64,000 nt of DNA from Prasinococcaceae sp. CCMP 1430. Taxonomy: Eukaryota > Plantae > Prasinodermophyta. The notes below the pieces were generated by a model. It ran no database searches, had not been told where the DNA came from, and was given only the letters and a program-made list of their open reading frames with translations. The DNA is taken from contig RQSC01000031.1 in assembly GCA_013416795.1 (NCBI GenBank), forward strand, positions 147,173 to 211,172, written 5' to 3'. This document shows, in pieces, positions 54,715-64,000 of this stretch (positions are counted from its first letter, which is position 1; every line of letters starts with the position of its first letter). The position numbers and the translations under genes are program-made.

Positions 54715-57700
54715 ATGCCAGGCGGCGGCTTTGGCAAGGGCATAGGCGGGAGCTACAAGGGTGGCGGCTTTGGCAAGGGCGTTGGCGGGAGCTACAAGGG
54801 CGGCGGCTTTGGGAAGGGCGTCGGCGGCAGATATGTGAAGGGCAGCGCCAGCGGGTATGGCAAGAGCGCTGGCGGGAGCGGAGGTGGTGGCGGCGCGAAG
54901 GCGTTTGCCGGCAGTGGTCCGAGCGCGGGCATGCTCACGGGGTACATCAAGCAGGCGTCGACGCTCGAGGCGCTCTTCGAGACCTTCTCGAAGCATGCGG
55001 CGCGCTTCAACCACGTCCACTTTGCGGCATGCTGGAGCGCTCTCGGCCGCCTGGCAAGGGGCGCGGGTAGGTCGCAGGCGTGGACGGAGGAGCATCGCGA
55101 GGCGCTGCGCGTGCTGGTGAGGCGCACGTCGAGCGCCGTGGACGCACCCGTGGCCGGCTGCGAGTTCCGCGCACGCGAGCTGGCCACCACAGCGCATGGC
55201 GCGGCCAAGAGCGGCGCCAGCGCAGGCGAGCTGATGGCGGCGCTCGCCCGCGGAGCAGAGCGCCGCGTTGGGGACTGCAACGCACAGGAGATGGCCAACC
55301 TCGCCTACGCGTTCGCCAAGGCACAACACGAGGCGCCTGAGCTTCTCGATGCCATTGCAGAGCACGCGAGACCGCGCCTGGGCGAGTTCAAGGCCCAGGA
55401 GCTATCCAATCTGGCATGGGCTTACGCGACGGCCAAGCGTGCCGCGCCAGCACTCCTCGACGCGATCGCCGAGCAAGCGCGGCCGCGCCTGCGCGAGTTC
55501 AATGAGCAGGCGCTCTCGAATACGCTCTGGGCGTACGCCAGTGCCAAGCACGAGGCGCCCGCGCTCTTCGATGCCATCGCAGAGCAGACAATTGCGCGCC
55601 CAAGCGAGCTCACTCCGCAGGCGCTGTCGACGATTGCATGGGCGTGCGCGAGTGCCAAGCATTGCCCTGCGCAGCTCCTCGATGCCATCGCCAAGGAGGC
55701 CAGGCCGCGGCTGCGCGAGTTCAGTGCTCAACAGCTTTCCAACTCGGTGTGGGCCTTTGCAAAGGCAGACCACGCGGACCCCGAGCTATATGCCGCACTC
55801 GCGGCGGCGGTCGCGCGGCGCCTGGGCGATTTCAACCCGCAGGACCTCGCCAGCACCGCCATGGCATTCGCCAAGGCGTGTCACGTGGACGCACAGCTCT
55901 TCGCTTCGCTAGCGCGCGCCGCCGAGACACGCGCGGACGAGTCGAACCTGCAGGACCTCGTCAGTACGGCTTGGGCATTCGCCAAAGTCGGCCAATTCGA
56001 TACCGGGCTGTACGCCGCGCTGTCGCGCTCGCTCATCGGCCGCCGGCTCGACGAGCTGGACGCGCCACACATAGCCAACGTCGCCTGGGCCTTCTCGAAA
56101 GCGGCGCAGACCCCAGACGTGGCCCTGTTTGCTGCACTGGCGCGCACGGCCACCCATCGCGTTGGCGATTTCGGCGCTCAAGACCTCGCGACCATCGCCT
56201 GGTCTTTCGCGAATGCCGACCAGCTGGAAACGCGACTGTTCGCAGCGCTCGCCAGGTCGGCCGAGCGGCTGCTTGATAAATTCTCCGCGGAGGACCGTGA
56301 CAACGCTGAATGGGCTTTCGTCCGGGCCGGACAGCAGCGCATCGTCAAGCTGCTGCGACAGCAGAAAGCACGTGGCGCATGCGGCCCAACTTCGCTCGCC
56401 AGAGCCCCTGACGTGGACGTGGGGAAGTGCGGCCGCATCGTTGTGGCGGGCGGCGGCATCGGCGGCGCGGCGGCTGCCGTGGCGCTGCAGAATAAAGGCT
56501 TCGACGTGGTTGTGCTCGAAGGCGACGCCAGCTTCGACGCACGCAAGCAGGGCTACGGCCTGACCATTCAGCAGCAGGAGGCGACGCAGGCGTTGGGAAT
56601 AAGCCTGGCGCAGGACGACGCGCCGTCAACCTCACACTACACCTTCGACGCGGCTGGCAACATCCTCGGCTTTTTTGGTGAGGCCTTTGGTAGCGCCAGC
56701 AAGGATCGGCGCGAGTGCGAGAATTCTGGGCGCTTCGTGCACATCCCAAGGCAGGTGCTGCGCTGCAGGCTGTTGGAGCGGGTTCGCCCGGGGACCATCC
56801 GGTGGGGCAGCAAACTCAAGAGCTTCAAGTGCTGGAGCGAAGATGATGGCGGGGGCGAAAACAACGAAAACGGAGTGACCGTCACCCTGGCAGACGGCAC
56901 CACCCTCGATGCCGCCTTGCTGGTGGGGAGCGATGGTATTTTTTCCACCGTGCGAAAGCAGCTCGACCTCAAAGGGGACCGTCTTAACTACGTCGGCCTC
57001 ATCGTTGTTCTAGGTATCGTACCCACTGAGTGTGGCAGCGCCGGTGACGACAGCGAGGGGCGCCAGGACGGCCACGCCCCGGCCATGGTTTCCCCCCTGA
57101 CGCATAGGCGCATCTTCGAGACAGTCGACGGCGCCGCACGCATCTACGCCATGCCGTTCACGACTACATCGACCATGTGGCAGCTGTCCTTTCCCTTCCC
57201 CGAGAAGCAGGCACGCGCACTGGCAAAGGATACGGCGGCCCTCAAGGACGAGATCCTGCGGCGGTGCGGCTCGTGGCACGCCCCTATCCCTGACCTGCTG
57301 CGCTCAACGCCGTTGGATGGCATGGCTGGCTACCCTGTGTACGACCGCCAACTGCTAGAGCCGCATGTTCTCAGGGAACCGGAGGGGCCGGCCACTCAGC
57401 TGAGACCGCAGCGCCGTGCCACGCTCATTGGTGACGCCGCGCATCCGATGACGCCCTTCAAGGCGCAGGGTGCGAACCAGGCCCTCAGTGACGCCGTGCT
57501 GCTCGCTGACAGCCTAGTGGAGAGCATTCAGCGTCACGGCCCCAGCGCAGGCATGGACGCCGCCCTCCCTCTCTTCGAGAAGGAGATGCTCCGTCGATCG
57601 TCGCGGATGGTGGTCGGGTCGCGCGAGAAGGCCAAGGAGCTACACAGCCCCTTGGCACTCCAGCCCGCGCGAAAGGTCCAGCGGGACACGTTGGGCGGCC

Positions 57701-58245
57701 TCGACATGCAGAAGTCCATCGGCATCCTGCTGGCCAAGGGCATCGGTGCCCACAGCGCGGCTGATCCCTTGGGCTTGGACGCCGTTGTGGAGGCGGCGAT
57801 TTCAAGCCTGAGGCGCAAGAGGTCAGTGCCCGCCACGGCGGTGGCCGATGTGGAGAAGGCAGGGTCGGTGAGAGCAGCGACCAAGAAGCGCAGGGCGAAC
57901 AACTTGGCAGACCAGGGTGAGGAGGGCGGCGGGGAGCCGGCTGATGACGGCAAGGCCAACGATGACGGCGGCTTCAAGTGGCGCCGGACTATGCGCAAGC
58001 ACCTCGATGCGGCCGGGGACAACGGAGTGCGGCGCAAAGATCTGCGCAAGGCGACGCTGCGCGACTTCCAGCGGCACCTCTCAAAGTCAAAAAAGGACGG
58101 CGTGTCCGCAGACGTCGCCCGCAAGCGTTGGATGTTCGCCGAGCCTGCCGAGCTCGACGCGCTCTTCCGCAGCCACCTCGCCCAGGCCGAGGCGGCCGGG
58201 CGCCTCAGCACGCGGGGTAAGATGGTGTACCGCGCGCGCACGTGA
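54715..58245 (+). CDS. Multidomain protein: GK/aromatic repeats + HPR/OPR-like helical repeats + FAD-dependent monooxygenase + basic LYAR-like C-terminal domain (1176 aa, intronless)
   Basis: (GGGFGKGVGGSYK) about x3; about 11 37-aa repeats F.xQ.L.N..WA.A; IVVAGGGIGG, LVGSDG, LIGDAAHPMTPFKAQGANQA; C-terminal FKWRRTMRKHL..GVRRKDLRK. Confidence 0.88.
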   Translation: MPGGGFGKGIGGSYKGGGFGKGVGGSYKGGGFGKGVGGRYVKGSASGYGKSAGGSGGGGGAKAFAGSGPSAGMLTGYIKQASTLEALFETFSKHAARFNHVHFAACWSALGRLARGAGRSQAWTEEHREALRVLVRRTSSAVDAPVAGCEFRARELATTAHGAAKSGASAGELMAALARGAERRVGDCNAQEMANLAYAFAKAQHEAPELLDAIAEHARPRLGEFKAQELSNLAWAYATAKRAAPALLDAIAEQARPRLREFNEQALSNTLWAYASAKHEAPALFDAIAEQTIARPSELTPQALSTIAWACASAKHCPAQLLDAIAKEARPRLREFSAQQLSNSVWAFAKADHADPELYAALAAAVARRLGDFNPQDLASTAMAFAKACHVDAQLFASLARAAETRADESNLQDLVSTAWAFAKVGQFDTGLYAALSRSLIGRRLDELDAPHIANVAWAFSKAAQTPDVALFAALARTATHRVGDFGAQDLATIAWSFANADQLETRLFAALARSAERLLDKFSAEDRDNAEWAFVRAGQQRIVKLLRQQKARGACGPTSLARAPDVDVGKCGRIVVAGGGIGGAAAAVALQNKGFDVVVLEGDASFDARKQGYGLTIQQQEATQALGISLAQDDAPSTSHYTFDAAGNILGFFGEAFGSASKDRRECENSGRFVHIPRQVLRCRLLERVRPGTIRWGSKLKSFKCWSEDDGGGENNENGVTVTLADGTTLDAALLVGSDGIFSTVRKQLDLKGDRLNYVGLIVVLGIVPTECGSAGDDSEGRQDGHAPAMVSPLTHRRIFETVDGAARIYAMPFTTTSTMWQLSFPFPEKQARALAKDTAALKDEILRRCGSWHAPIPDLLRSTPLDGMAGYPVYDRQLLEPHVLREPEGPATQLRPQRRATLIGDAAHPMTPFKAQGANQALSDAVLLADSLVESIQRHGPSAGMDAALPLFEKEMLRRSSRMVVGSREKAKELHSPLALQPARKVQRDTLGGLDMQKSIGILLAKGIGAHSAADPLGLDAVVEAAISSLRRKRSVPATAVADVEKAGSVRAATKKRRANNLADQGEEGGGEPADDGKANDDGGFKWRRTMRKHLDAAGDNGVRRKDLRKATLRDFQRHLSKSKKDGVSADVARKRWMFAEPAELDALFRSHLAQAEAAGRLSTRGKMVYRART

Positions 58246-58402
58246 GCGGTGTGTGACATAGAAGTCAGTCTGTACCCTGTGCTGTACACAGCGCACACGC
58301 GCAGCGGACGCGAGCGCAGCACGACGGCTGAGAGGCACCGCCTTCCGTAACTTACACATGTACATTGACGCCAACTGGTGGCCAAGCCGCGCTCGCACCT
58401 AC

Positions 58403-59943
58403 TCACCAATCTTCATCCCAGCTGGCGAAGCCAGTCTTTGGCTTGTCTGACTTGGGTTTGGAGGACTCGCGTTTAGGACTGCGCTCGCGCTCGCGGTGGT
58501 CGCCGCCACGCTCGCCGTCGCGGCGGCCACGGTCGGGCGTATAGTGGTCGCGCGGCGCAGGCGCGTATCTGTCGCGGCCACCGTCACGGCGCCCATCGTA
58601 AGCATCGTAGCGATCCGCTCCGCCGTGCCTGTCCCTGTCACCGTACCCGCCGTAGCGATCTCGGTCGTAGCGATCTCGGTCGTAGCGATCCCGGTCGTAT
58701 CGATCTCGGTCGTACGACCCGTATCTATCTCGGTCGTATCTGTCGCGGTCGTACCTGTCGCGGTCATAGCGTTCGCTACTATCGCGTGCGTGCCCGCCGT
58801 GCACGCGGTCGCTGCCACCGCCCCGGCCGGAGCTACCATCCGTGCGATTGGGCGCACGTTGACCCATGCCGACAGAGAGCGTCTCCTTGACCGTCGGGGG
58901 GCGGGCGCTGGAGCCCGTTGCGCCGCGGCCCGTGGCGCCTCCCACACCACCATTGCCTCGCGCCGCCGTAGGCAGGCCCTTGTCTCCGAGCGCTTGCTTG
59001 ATGTCCCTACCCACCAGCGTAGGAACGCGTGGCAGCAGCGTGTCGAAGTAGTACTGCGCCAGGAGGAGATCGAGCACGAACGCGCCAATGGTAGTCTTGC
59101 TGCCGTCTGCACCCGGGGCGAACTCCTCCGTGTCCTCGAGGTACGGCTCGAACCAGCTCCACCATTGCTTTGGATCGCAAACGTACCGCAGCAGCAGGAA
59201 GCCCACGGCACGAATGTACGGCGAGTCCTCATGCGCGAGCAGTCTACTGATCTGCCCGTTGTTCAGGCGCATCTCAGCAAAACGAGCCACGAGGCAAAAC
59301 GCGGATGAAGGGCCGCGTGCGTTGCCGCCCATCCATGGCTCAACGTGGGACACTGCGAACGTGCGCATACAGGTTGTGCATGAGCGGATACGGGTAGTGC
59401 ACGCGCGCGAGTGGGGATGCGTGTGCGGCAGCGCAGAAATAACGGCAAACGCGGCATCGTTAGCACACTATGGAGCACACGCAGCCATGATCGCTCGCGG
59501 TGGCCCAGTGGAGGCGCTTCAACGTACTGCCTTGCCCGGCGGAAGTGGTCCCGCGGCCTGCCTGCCTGTGGGGTCCGCAGCACGAGCGGGCACCACCCTG
59601 GTAGGGCGAACGCGCGCTCGCAGAGGCGGCCACGCACACCGGCAACTGATTGCAGGGTGGTGCTGTGCTAACGTCCGCACCAACTGCATCGAGCGAGGGC
59701 ACGCGCTGCGCGAGAGATCTGCGAGACACGACCGCACCTGGCATCCCCCGCGCAAATTTCTCGCAGCGGCGGCGCTCGCCCCCTGCGCGCGGGGCAGCTT
59801 CACTCACCCTCATTGTAGACCTCGTCCACAAGCTCGTCAAAGGTTTCCACGTTGCGCAGCTGGCGCATGTAGTCGCTCGCCTGCACGTTCTGCGAGAGAA
59901 CGCCCTCCATGTTGAGCGTGCTCACGTTGCCATAGACCTCCAT
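58403..59943 (-). CDS. PRPF38B: Pre-mRNA splicing factor 38B (with RD/RS-rich tail)
   Basis: MEVYGN..LNME..LSQNV..SDY..L..F.ELVDEVYNE|VSHVEPW..GPSSAFCL..DSPYIRAVGFLLLRY. Exons 59943-59808 and 59352-58403; (DRYDR)n tail. Confidence 0.92.
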
Positions 59944-60607
59944 CGTTGCCGCCTCGTTCTCACGGCCACCGCTGGCGAATGTGAGGGCGGAGAGAGCGGG
60001 TGGGAGTGGGCACGAACGGGAAGCGTGAACAGAGGGAAAGAGGAAGGGGGTACGGGCAGCTCAGCGGTGCCCGCAGAGCGCCTCTGCCGCGCTTGCGGGC
60101 GGCGGCGCCGGCACCGCGCGCGCGCTGTGCGTGGTGACTGACGAGCGGCGCGCCGCCGCCGCGTTGCAGTCGGCGGCTACGGCGGCCCTCACACCCTCGT
60201 TTTTTTCTTTTCTTTTCCCCGAATGCACCCCCCTCACCTTCCGGAATGTGCAAAGCGCAATGACGTTGGAGCTTTTTTTCATCTTTTCTTGCGAGTGGAA
60301 GGGAAGGCGTGTACTACATGCGCGCCACACCTCGCGCGCAGCGCGCGCACGCAGGCGGAGCCCTCCCCCCCGCTTTCTGAGGCCCTGTGCGCGCGGGGGG
60401 GGGGCGTCTCTCTCGCCGTTGCCCTGACGGTGGGGCCGCTCGCGTAAACGCCTGCTGCTGCGCCGTCCCGCGGCCGCAGCCGCCGCGACAGCGGCGCCGC
60501 CGGCTTCGGCGCCGGCTGTGCCACGCGCTCGGCGGCTGGTCGAGCCCTAACCTTGTGAGCAAGGGGGTGGGGGAGGCGGCGGGGGCTGCTGGGCAGCGGC
60601 GGGCAGC

Positions 60608-60946
60608 ATGGCGGCGAAGCATCATCCAGATCTCGTCATGTGCCGTCAGCAGCCGGGCGTCGCCATCGGCAGGCTATGCGAAAAGTGCGACGGCCACTGC
60701 GTAATCTGTGACTCGTTCGTGCGGCCGCACACGCTCGTGCGCACGTGCGACCAGTGCAACTACGGCTCCTACTCGGGGCGCTGCGTGATCTGCGGCGGCG
60801 AGGGCGTGGCGGACGCCTACTACTGCAAGGAATGCGTGCAGCTTGAGAAGGACCGCGACGGCTGCCCGAAGATTATCAACCTGGGCAGCTCAAAGACTGA
60901 CCTCTTCTTCCAACGCAAGGGTCAATTCAATTTTCAGAAGGGGTAG
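60608..60946 (+). CDS. PHF5A: PHD finger-like protein 5A (SF3b14b/Rds3)
   Basis: [32 protein letters not shown]...CNYGSY.GRCVICG...[29 protein letters not shown]. Confidence 0.98.
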   Translation: MAAKHHPDLVMCRQQPGVAIGRLCEKCDGHCVICDSFVRPHTLVRTCDQCNYGSYSGRCVICGGEGVADAYYCKECVQLEKDRDGCPKIINLGSSKTDLFFQRKGQFNFQKG

Positions 60947-61204
60947 ATGACTCCCTCCCGCGCGTGCGTCCGTGCGCCGATGGGGGAGCCGCCGCGAGTC
61001 CGCATCGATGGGTGGCACTGCCGCAAGGTGGTCAGCCCGATCGAACTTGTAACATATCACTGAGCCAATGCGCAGCGCCGCGGCGACGCCCGCCCCTTGA
61101 GTCTGCTGCACGCGCGCGCGTAGGCAGTACGCACAGTGTTCGTCCTGTGCGCACGTGCGGTCATGCAGAATATGATTACATACCGACGTGGCCGACCAGA
61201 CGGC

Positions 61205-62797
61205 TTACATGTGATCCAAGGGCTGGTCTGGCCAGTCGGGCAGGGCGTTGGCCGCCTCCATCACAATCTCCACGAGCTTGCGAGTGAGCTCAGGCACCTT
61301 GGCCGGTGCCGGCGGATACGTCTTTGGTGGGTACCGCCCCGAGAATCGCCGCTTGTCGAAGCGCCACTTGCCAACCTTGCCCGGCGTAAAGACGCCCTGC
61401 TCGTCGTAGTCACACCCGTATGTGTAGTGCAGGATGTAGAAGTCGCTGATGTGCTTGTCCCACGGCGGCTGCGCCATGAAACTGGGGTAGAGCTTGTGGC
61501 GTATTCCCGAGTTCCACGCCGCGAACGAGTAGCCGTACATCTCGAGCACCCAGCCCCACGCCTTGTCGGCCTCCGGATCGTGCTTGATGGCTACGCTAAT
61601 GTTGTGCCACTTGGGCGCGACGATCTCGAGGTCGCCCTTGGCGATCATCGCTGGCGAATTGCCGATCGGGTCTATCTGCTTCATCTCCTTGGCGGTGATA
61701 GGCTTATCGAGAAACCTGTTGGTGATGTCCGGTTCCTTCTGCGGCGTGATGTAGAAGAACGGAAATGCTGCGGGCGTGTGCTCACCGGCCATCAGGTTGG
61801 GAATGGGCCGCAGCCAGAGGTGATCGGGTTCTGACATCATCAAGTACTTCTCGGGGTACTTGTGCCCGAAGTTCTTCAGCCACTGGTGGATGGCGTTTGG
61901 GCGGCTCAGCACGACGAAACCCTTGGTCATGTGCGGCGGCAGTGGGTCGACAACGTCGGTCGGAATCTCGTCCATCAGGCTGTCCTCGCGTCCACCGTGC
62001 AGGATGCGTGTGAAGCCGCCCATGTCCTCTGAGCCGGGCATCGCCTTGACCTTCTTCCATTGGTAGTAATGGACGCGCATCTGCCACTGGTTGTACACCT
62101 TGTCATCTGCCGTCGTGATGGTCCGATACACCTTGTCGTGCACGAAAGGCACGATTGCAGCCGCCTCTTCGGGGAATTGCGTAAGCCCGCTCGTCCAGTC
62201 GGAGTTGTCGCCCTTGGACATGACGCCCGCTGCGTCCGCGCGCGCGTTGTGCTTGAGCCAGCATTCGCCAAACTTCGAGCGACCGTGGTTGCAGCCCTCC
62301 GCCCGGCCGCAGAATACCCACGTGTTGCATCGCTCGACCTTGTCTGTCGGCTTGTGCGCGGCCGCTTGCCGCGAGCAGGAATTGCAGCACTCTTCTGCAC
62401 TGGCCACCATGTTTGTGCTGCCCCACGTCACCAGCTCACCGTTGTACTCGATCCGCTCGCCGCTGCAGGTGGTGGCGCCCGACTGTGCCAGCTTCGAGGA
62501 CGAGGAAGGAGAAGGAACAAGCTTGCTGACCACAGCGCTGGCGGCCGCGACTTGGCCGCGCGGCTTTCCTCGCTGCGTGCTCGCCGCGCCCTCGCTGATT
62601 CCCTGTGGATCGATCCCCACAGCGTGCTCGAGCGCGACCATACTCGTAAACGCCGCGTCCTCAGCCTGCTGCACGCGCGACATCACCGACGAGGACCTCG
62701 ACACCACCACCAAGAGCACAAGCACGACCATCGCTATTGCGCTGCACACAGCCGCGCCGTGCAGGCCGCGCCGCCTGCGCCTCCCATCGTCGGCCAT
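61205..62797 (-). CDS. Hydroxyproline O-arabinosyltransferase (HPAT)-like type II membrane protein with PAN/Apple domain
   Basis: N-terminal TM, then ECCNSC..CNTWVFC..ECWLK (PAN/Apple-like), then YNQWQMRV.Y, MGGFTRILH, MSEPDH, FPFFYI, IGNSP, WGWVLEMYGY. Confidence 0.9.
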   Translation of the reverse strand: MADDGRRRRRGLHGAAVCSAIAMVVLVLLVVVSRSSSVMSRVQQAEDAAFTSMVALEHAVGIDPQGISEGAASTQRGKPRGQVAAASAVVSKLVPSPSSSSKLAQSGATTCSGERIEYNGELVTWGSTNMVASAEECCNSCSRQAAAHKPTDKVERCNTWVFCGRAEGCNHGRSKFGECWLKHNARADAAGVMSKGDNSDWTSGLTQFPEEAAAIVPFVHDKVYRTITTADDKVYNQWQMRVHYYQWKKVKAMPGSEDMGGFTRILHGGREDSLMDEIPTDVVDPLPPHMTKGFVVLSRPNAIHQWLKNFGHKYPEKYLMMSEPDHLWLRPIPNLMAGEHTPAAFPFFYITPQKEPDITNRFLDKPITAKEMKQIDPIGNSPAMIAKGDLEIVAPKWHNISVAIKHDPEADKAWGWVLEMYGYSFAAWNSGIRHKLYPSFMAQPPWDKHISDFYILHYTYGCDYDEQGVFTPGKVGKWRFDKRRFSGRYPPKTYPPAPAKVPELTRKLVEIVMEAANALPDWPDQPLDHM

Positions 62798-63075
62798 GGC
62801 GCCCACGCCCGGCGCGCTGCAGACGGCGTGGCGCCACCCCGGCCGATCCGCCCACTCTCCGCCGCCACCGCCGCGTCGTTGCCACCGATGGCCACGCAGC
62901 GCACGCTCGCGCCCACCGTGCGCGTGAGGTCCGACAGCGCCACCGCGTGCCCCCCTCCACCCCCGCCCGTCGCGATGNTCGGCGCGCCACGCGCCTGACG
63001 CGGCGGCGGGCGCGAAAGGGCACGCGCAGTGGGTGGCGACGGCGGCCAGCGACGGCGGCGGCGGCGGCGGCAACG

Positions 63076-63792
63076 ATGGCCGAGCCGGAGCAGCCGCCGG
63101 AGCGCGAGCCGACCAGGGAGGAGTACGGCGAGTTCCTGGTGGAGTCGGCGCGGTACGGCGACGCCGAGGACGTGGCGCAGGCGCTCGGCGCGGGGCACGA
63201 TGGGCTCGTCAACCATGCCGACGCGGAAGGGCGCACGGCGCTGCACATGGCTGCTGCGAACGGCCACATGGCCATCGCGGTGACGCTGCTCGCTGCAGGC
63301 GCCGACGCGTGTGCTGTCAACGAGGGCGGAAACACGCCGCTGCACTGGGCGGCGCTGAATGGCCACGTCGCCATCGCGGAGGCGCTCCTCGAGGCTGGCG
63401 GCTCGCCCTTCGCCCTCAATAAGGTTCGTTGCGCTCGCGCTCGCAGCGTTCACGCGGGCCGCGCGCCCACCGCGCGCCGCTGACATGGCGTGCGCGTCGC
63501 GCCGCTGCTGGCAACGTCACAGATGGACGCCACGCCTATGGACGAGGCGCTCGTGCGGCAGCACAAGCCCATGGAGGAGCTCATTCGCAAGTGGCTGCCG
63601 AAGAAGCTCGAAGAGAAGGGCGCGGCTCAGGGGGATGCCGACGCCGAGGCGGCGGCGGTGGACGTGGCTGTGACGGCCGCGACTGCGGACGAGGAGCACA
63701 TCGTGAGGCCAGGGGCAGCGGTGCCGGCGGACGAGAGCGCGATGGCCGATGCAGCTGATGGCGTAGAGCAGATGAACATAGCGACTAAGTGA
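63076..63792 (+). CDS. Ankyrin-repeat protein (YAR1-like)
   Basis: ESARYGD, GRTALHMAAANGH, GNTPLHWAALNGH, then an acidic tail. Intron 63424-63522. Confidence 0.85.
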
Positions 63793-63805
63793 CGTATTAA
63801 AAATC

Positions 63806-64000
63806 TCAGAGCTCACCAGCGAGCGGTTGGGCGAGGGGGATGTCCTTGTGCGCGAGATGTAGCATCATCTTCACGACGGCGCACTCCGGTGTCATCTGCG
63901 GCCCCCCCTCACAGCCGAGCAGCATCGCGGCAGTGCCGCTCTGGTAGAGCTCCGGATGCAGGCGCCCCGCCGCGCACTGCGAGGTCAGGTAGACTTTCAG
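63806..64000 (-). CDS. L-asparaginase (type I/ASPG-like), C-terminal part; runs off the window
   Basis: Hand translation gives LKVYLTSQCAAGRLHPELYQSG...GPQMTPECAVVKMMLHL..DIPLAQPLAGEL*, matching the SQC..G / MT.E.A..K pattern. Confidence 0.8.
   Translation of the reverse strand: MKVYLTSQCAAGRLHPELYQSGTAAMLLGCEGGPQMTPECAVVKMMLHLAHKDIPLAQPLAGEL

Noticed and set aside
4280-63522. Introner-like repeated introns
   Set aside because: The roughly 20 introns I delimited share only splice and branch motifs; I saw no extended similarity by eye.
1-64000. Many long overlapping or antisense ORFs in the track (e.g. 14049-15494+, 25984-27108+, 39275-41410+, 49620-51053-)
   Set aside because: Shadow frames caused by high GC and GC3 bias, or ORFs extended through N-gaps; they contain no domain motifs.

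Overview
Gene-dense, very GC-rich eukaryotic nuclear DNA, not prokaryotic. The genes have short GT-AG introns (mostly about 100-200 nt; donors GTGCG/GTGAG/GTACG, branch (G)CTGAC/CTAAC) and TGTAA-type 3' signals. Plant-type genes (TDY MAPK, WNK, TWD40-1, ZFWD, HPAT, OTU3, DIC) point to a green alga, probably prasinophyte-grade; I cannot determine the species. About 30 protein genes are recognisable by motif, several truncated by seven N-gaps at GC-rich 5' ends or carrying probable homopolymer indels. I recognised no rRNA, tRNA or CRISPR array. Two intronless multidomain genes have architectures I do not know from the literature. One joins an SHH/SAWADEE-type homeodomain to a TGA/DOG1-type helical domain (48991-51474). 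The other joins Gly/Lys repeats, about 11 37-aa HPR/OPR-like repeats, an FAD monooxygenase and a LYAR-like C-terminal domain (54715-58245). Other highlights are a decayed DIRS-type RNase H (30261-30740) and a predicted poison exon in PRP38B. All family assignments come from motif recognition by eye; no database searches were run.
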